This document shows, piece after piece, positions 64,000 to 64,000 of a DNA stretch of 64,000 bases. This DNA comes from Acidobacteriota bacterium (GTDB lineage: Bacteria > Acidobacteriota > UBA6911): positions 992,001 through 1,056,000 of the forward strand of contig OY761556.1 of NCBI GenBank assembly GCA_963664705.1. Reading direction: 5' to 3'. A model generated the notes under the pieces. The model was not told where the DNA came from, did not search any database, and saw only the letters and a list, made by a program, of their open reading frames with translations. Every line of letters begins with the position of its first letter. The first letter of the stretch is position 1. The translations under genes were made by a program, and so were the position numbers.

Positions 64000-64000
64000 T

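Overview
Bacterial chromosome segment from a diderm organism (TolC, a TonB-dependent receptor and a beta-barrel protein are present); the enzyme set suggests an anaerobe, but taxonomy cannot be fixed from the sequence. (1) 0.6-22.9 kb: two convergent envelope-signalling operons. The + operon has five PhnD-like periplasmic binding proteins, two paralogous HAMP-PAS-GAF histidine kinases and an orphan TolC-like protein, with no transporter. The - operon has a TonB-dependent receptor, YfiR, a hybrid kinase, a single REC protein and two GGDEF-EAL proteins. (2) 25-35.5 kb: a HydABC/NfnABC-like flavin-FeS complex behind a sigma-54 promoter, followed by an NtrC-type two-component system. (3) 36-42.3 kb: amidohydrolase, an aconitase X / FAD oxidoreductase / MFS cluster and an RDD gene. 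(4) 42.9-53.2 kb: a ~10.3 kb element integrated in tRNA-Val(TAC). It encodes integrase, a replication module with iterons, HNH, large terminase, HK97-type capsid, protease and portal, but no recognisable small terminase, head-tail or tail genes. A strongly structured non-coding tract follows the portal gene. (5) 53.5-64 kb: outer-membrane protein, GH106-like glycosidase, folC and acyl-CoA carboxylase genes. The best candidates for undescribed systems are the head-only satellite with its post-portal structured region and the transporter-less binding protein/TolC/kinase operon. All product calls come from motif recognition by eye; no searches were run.
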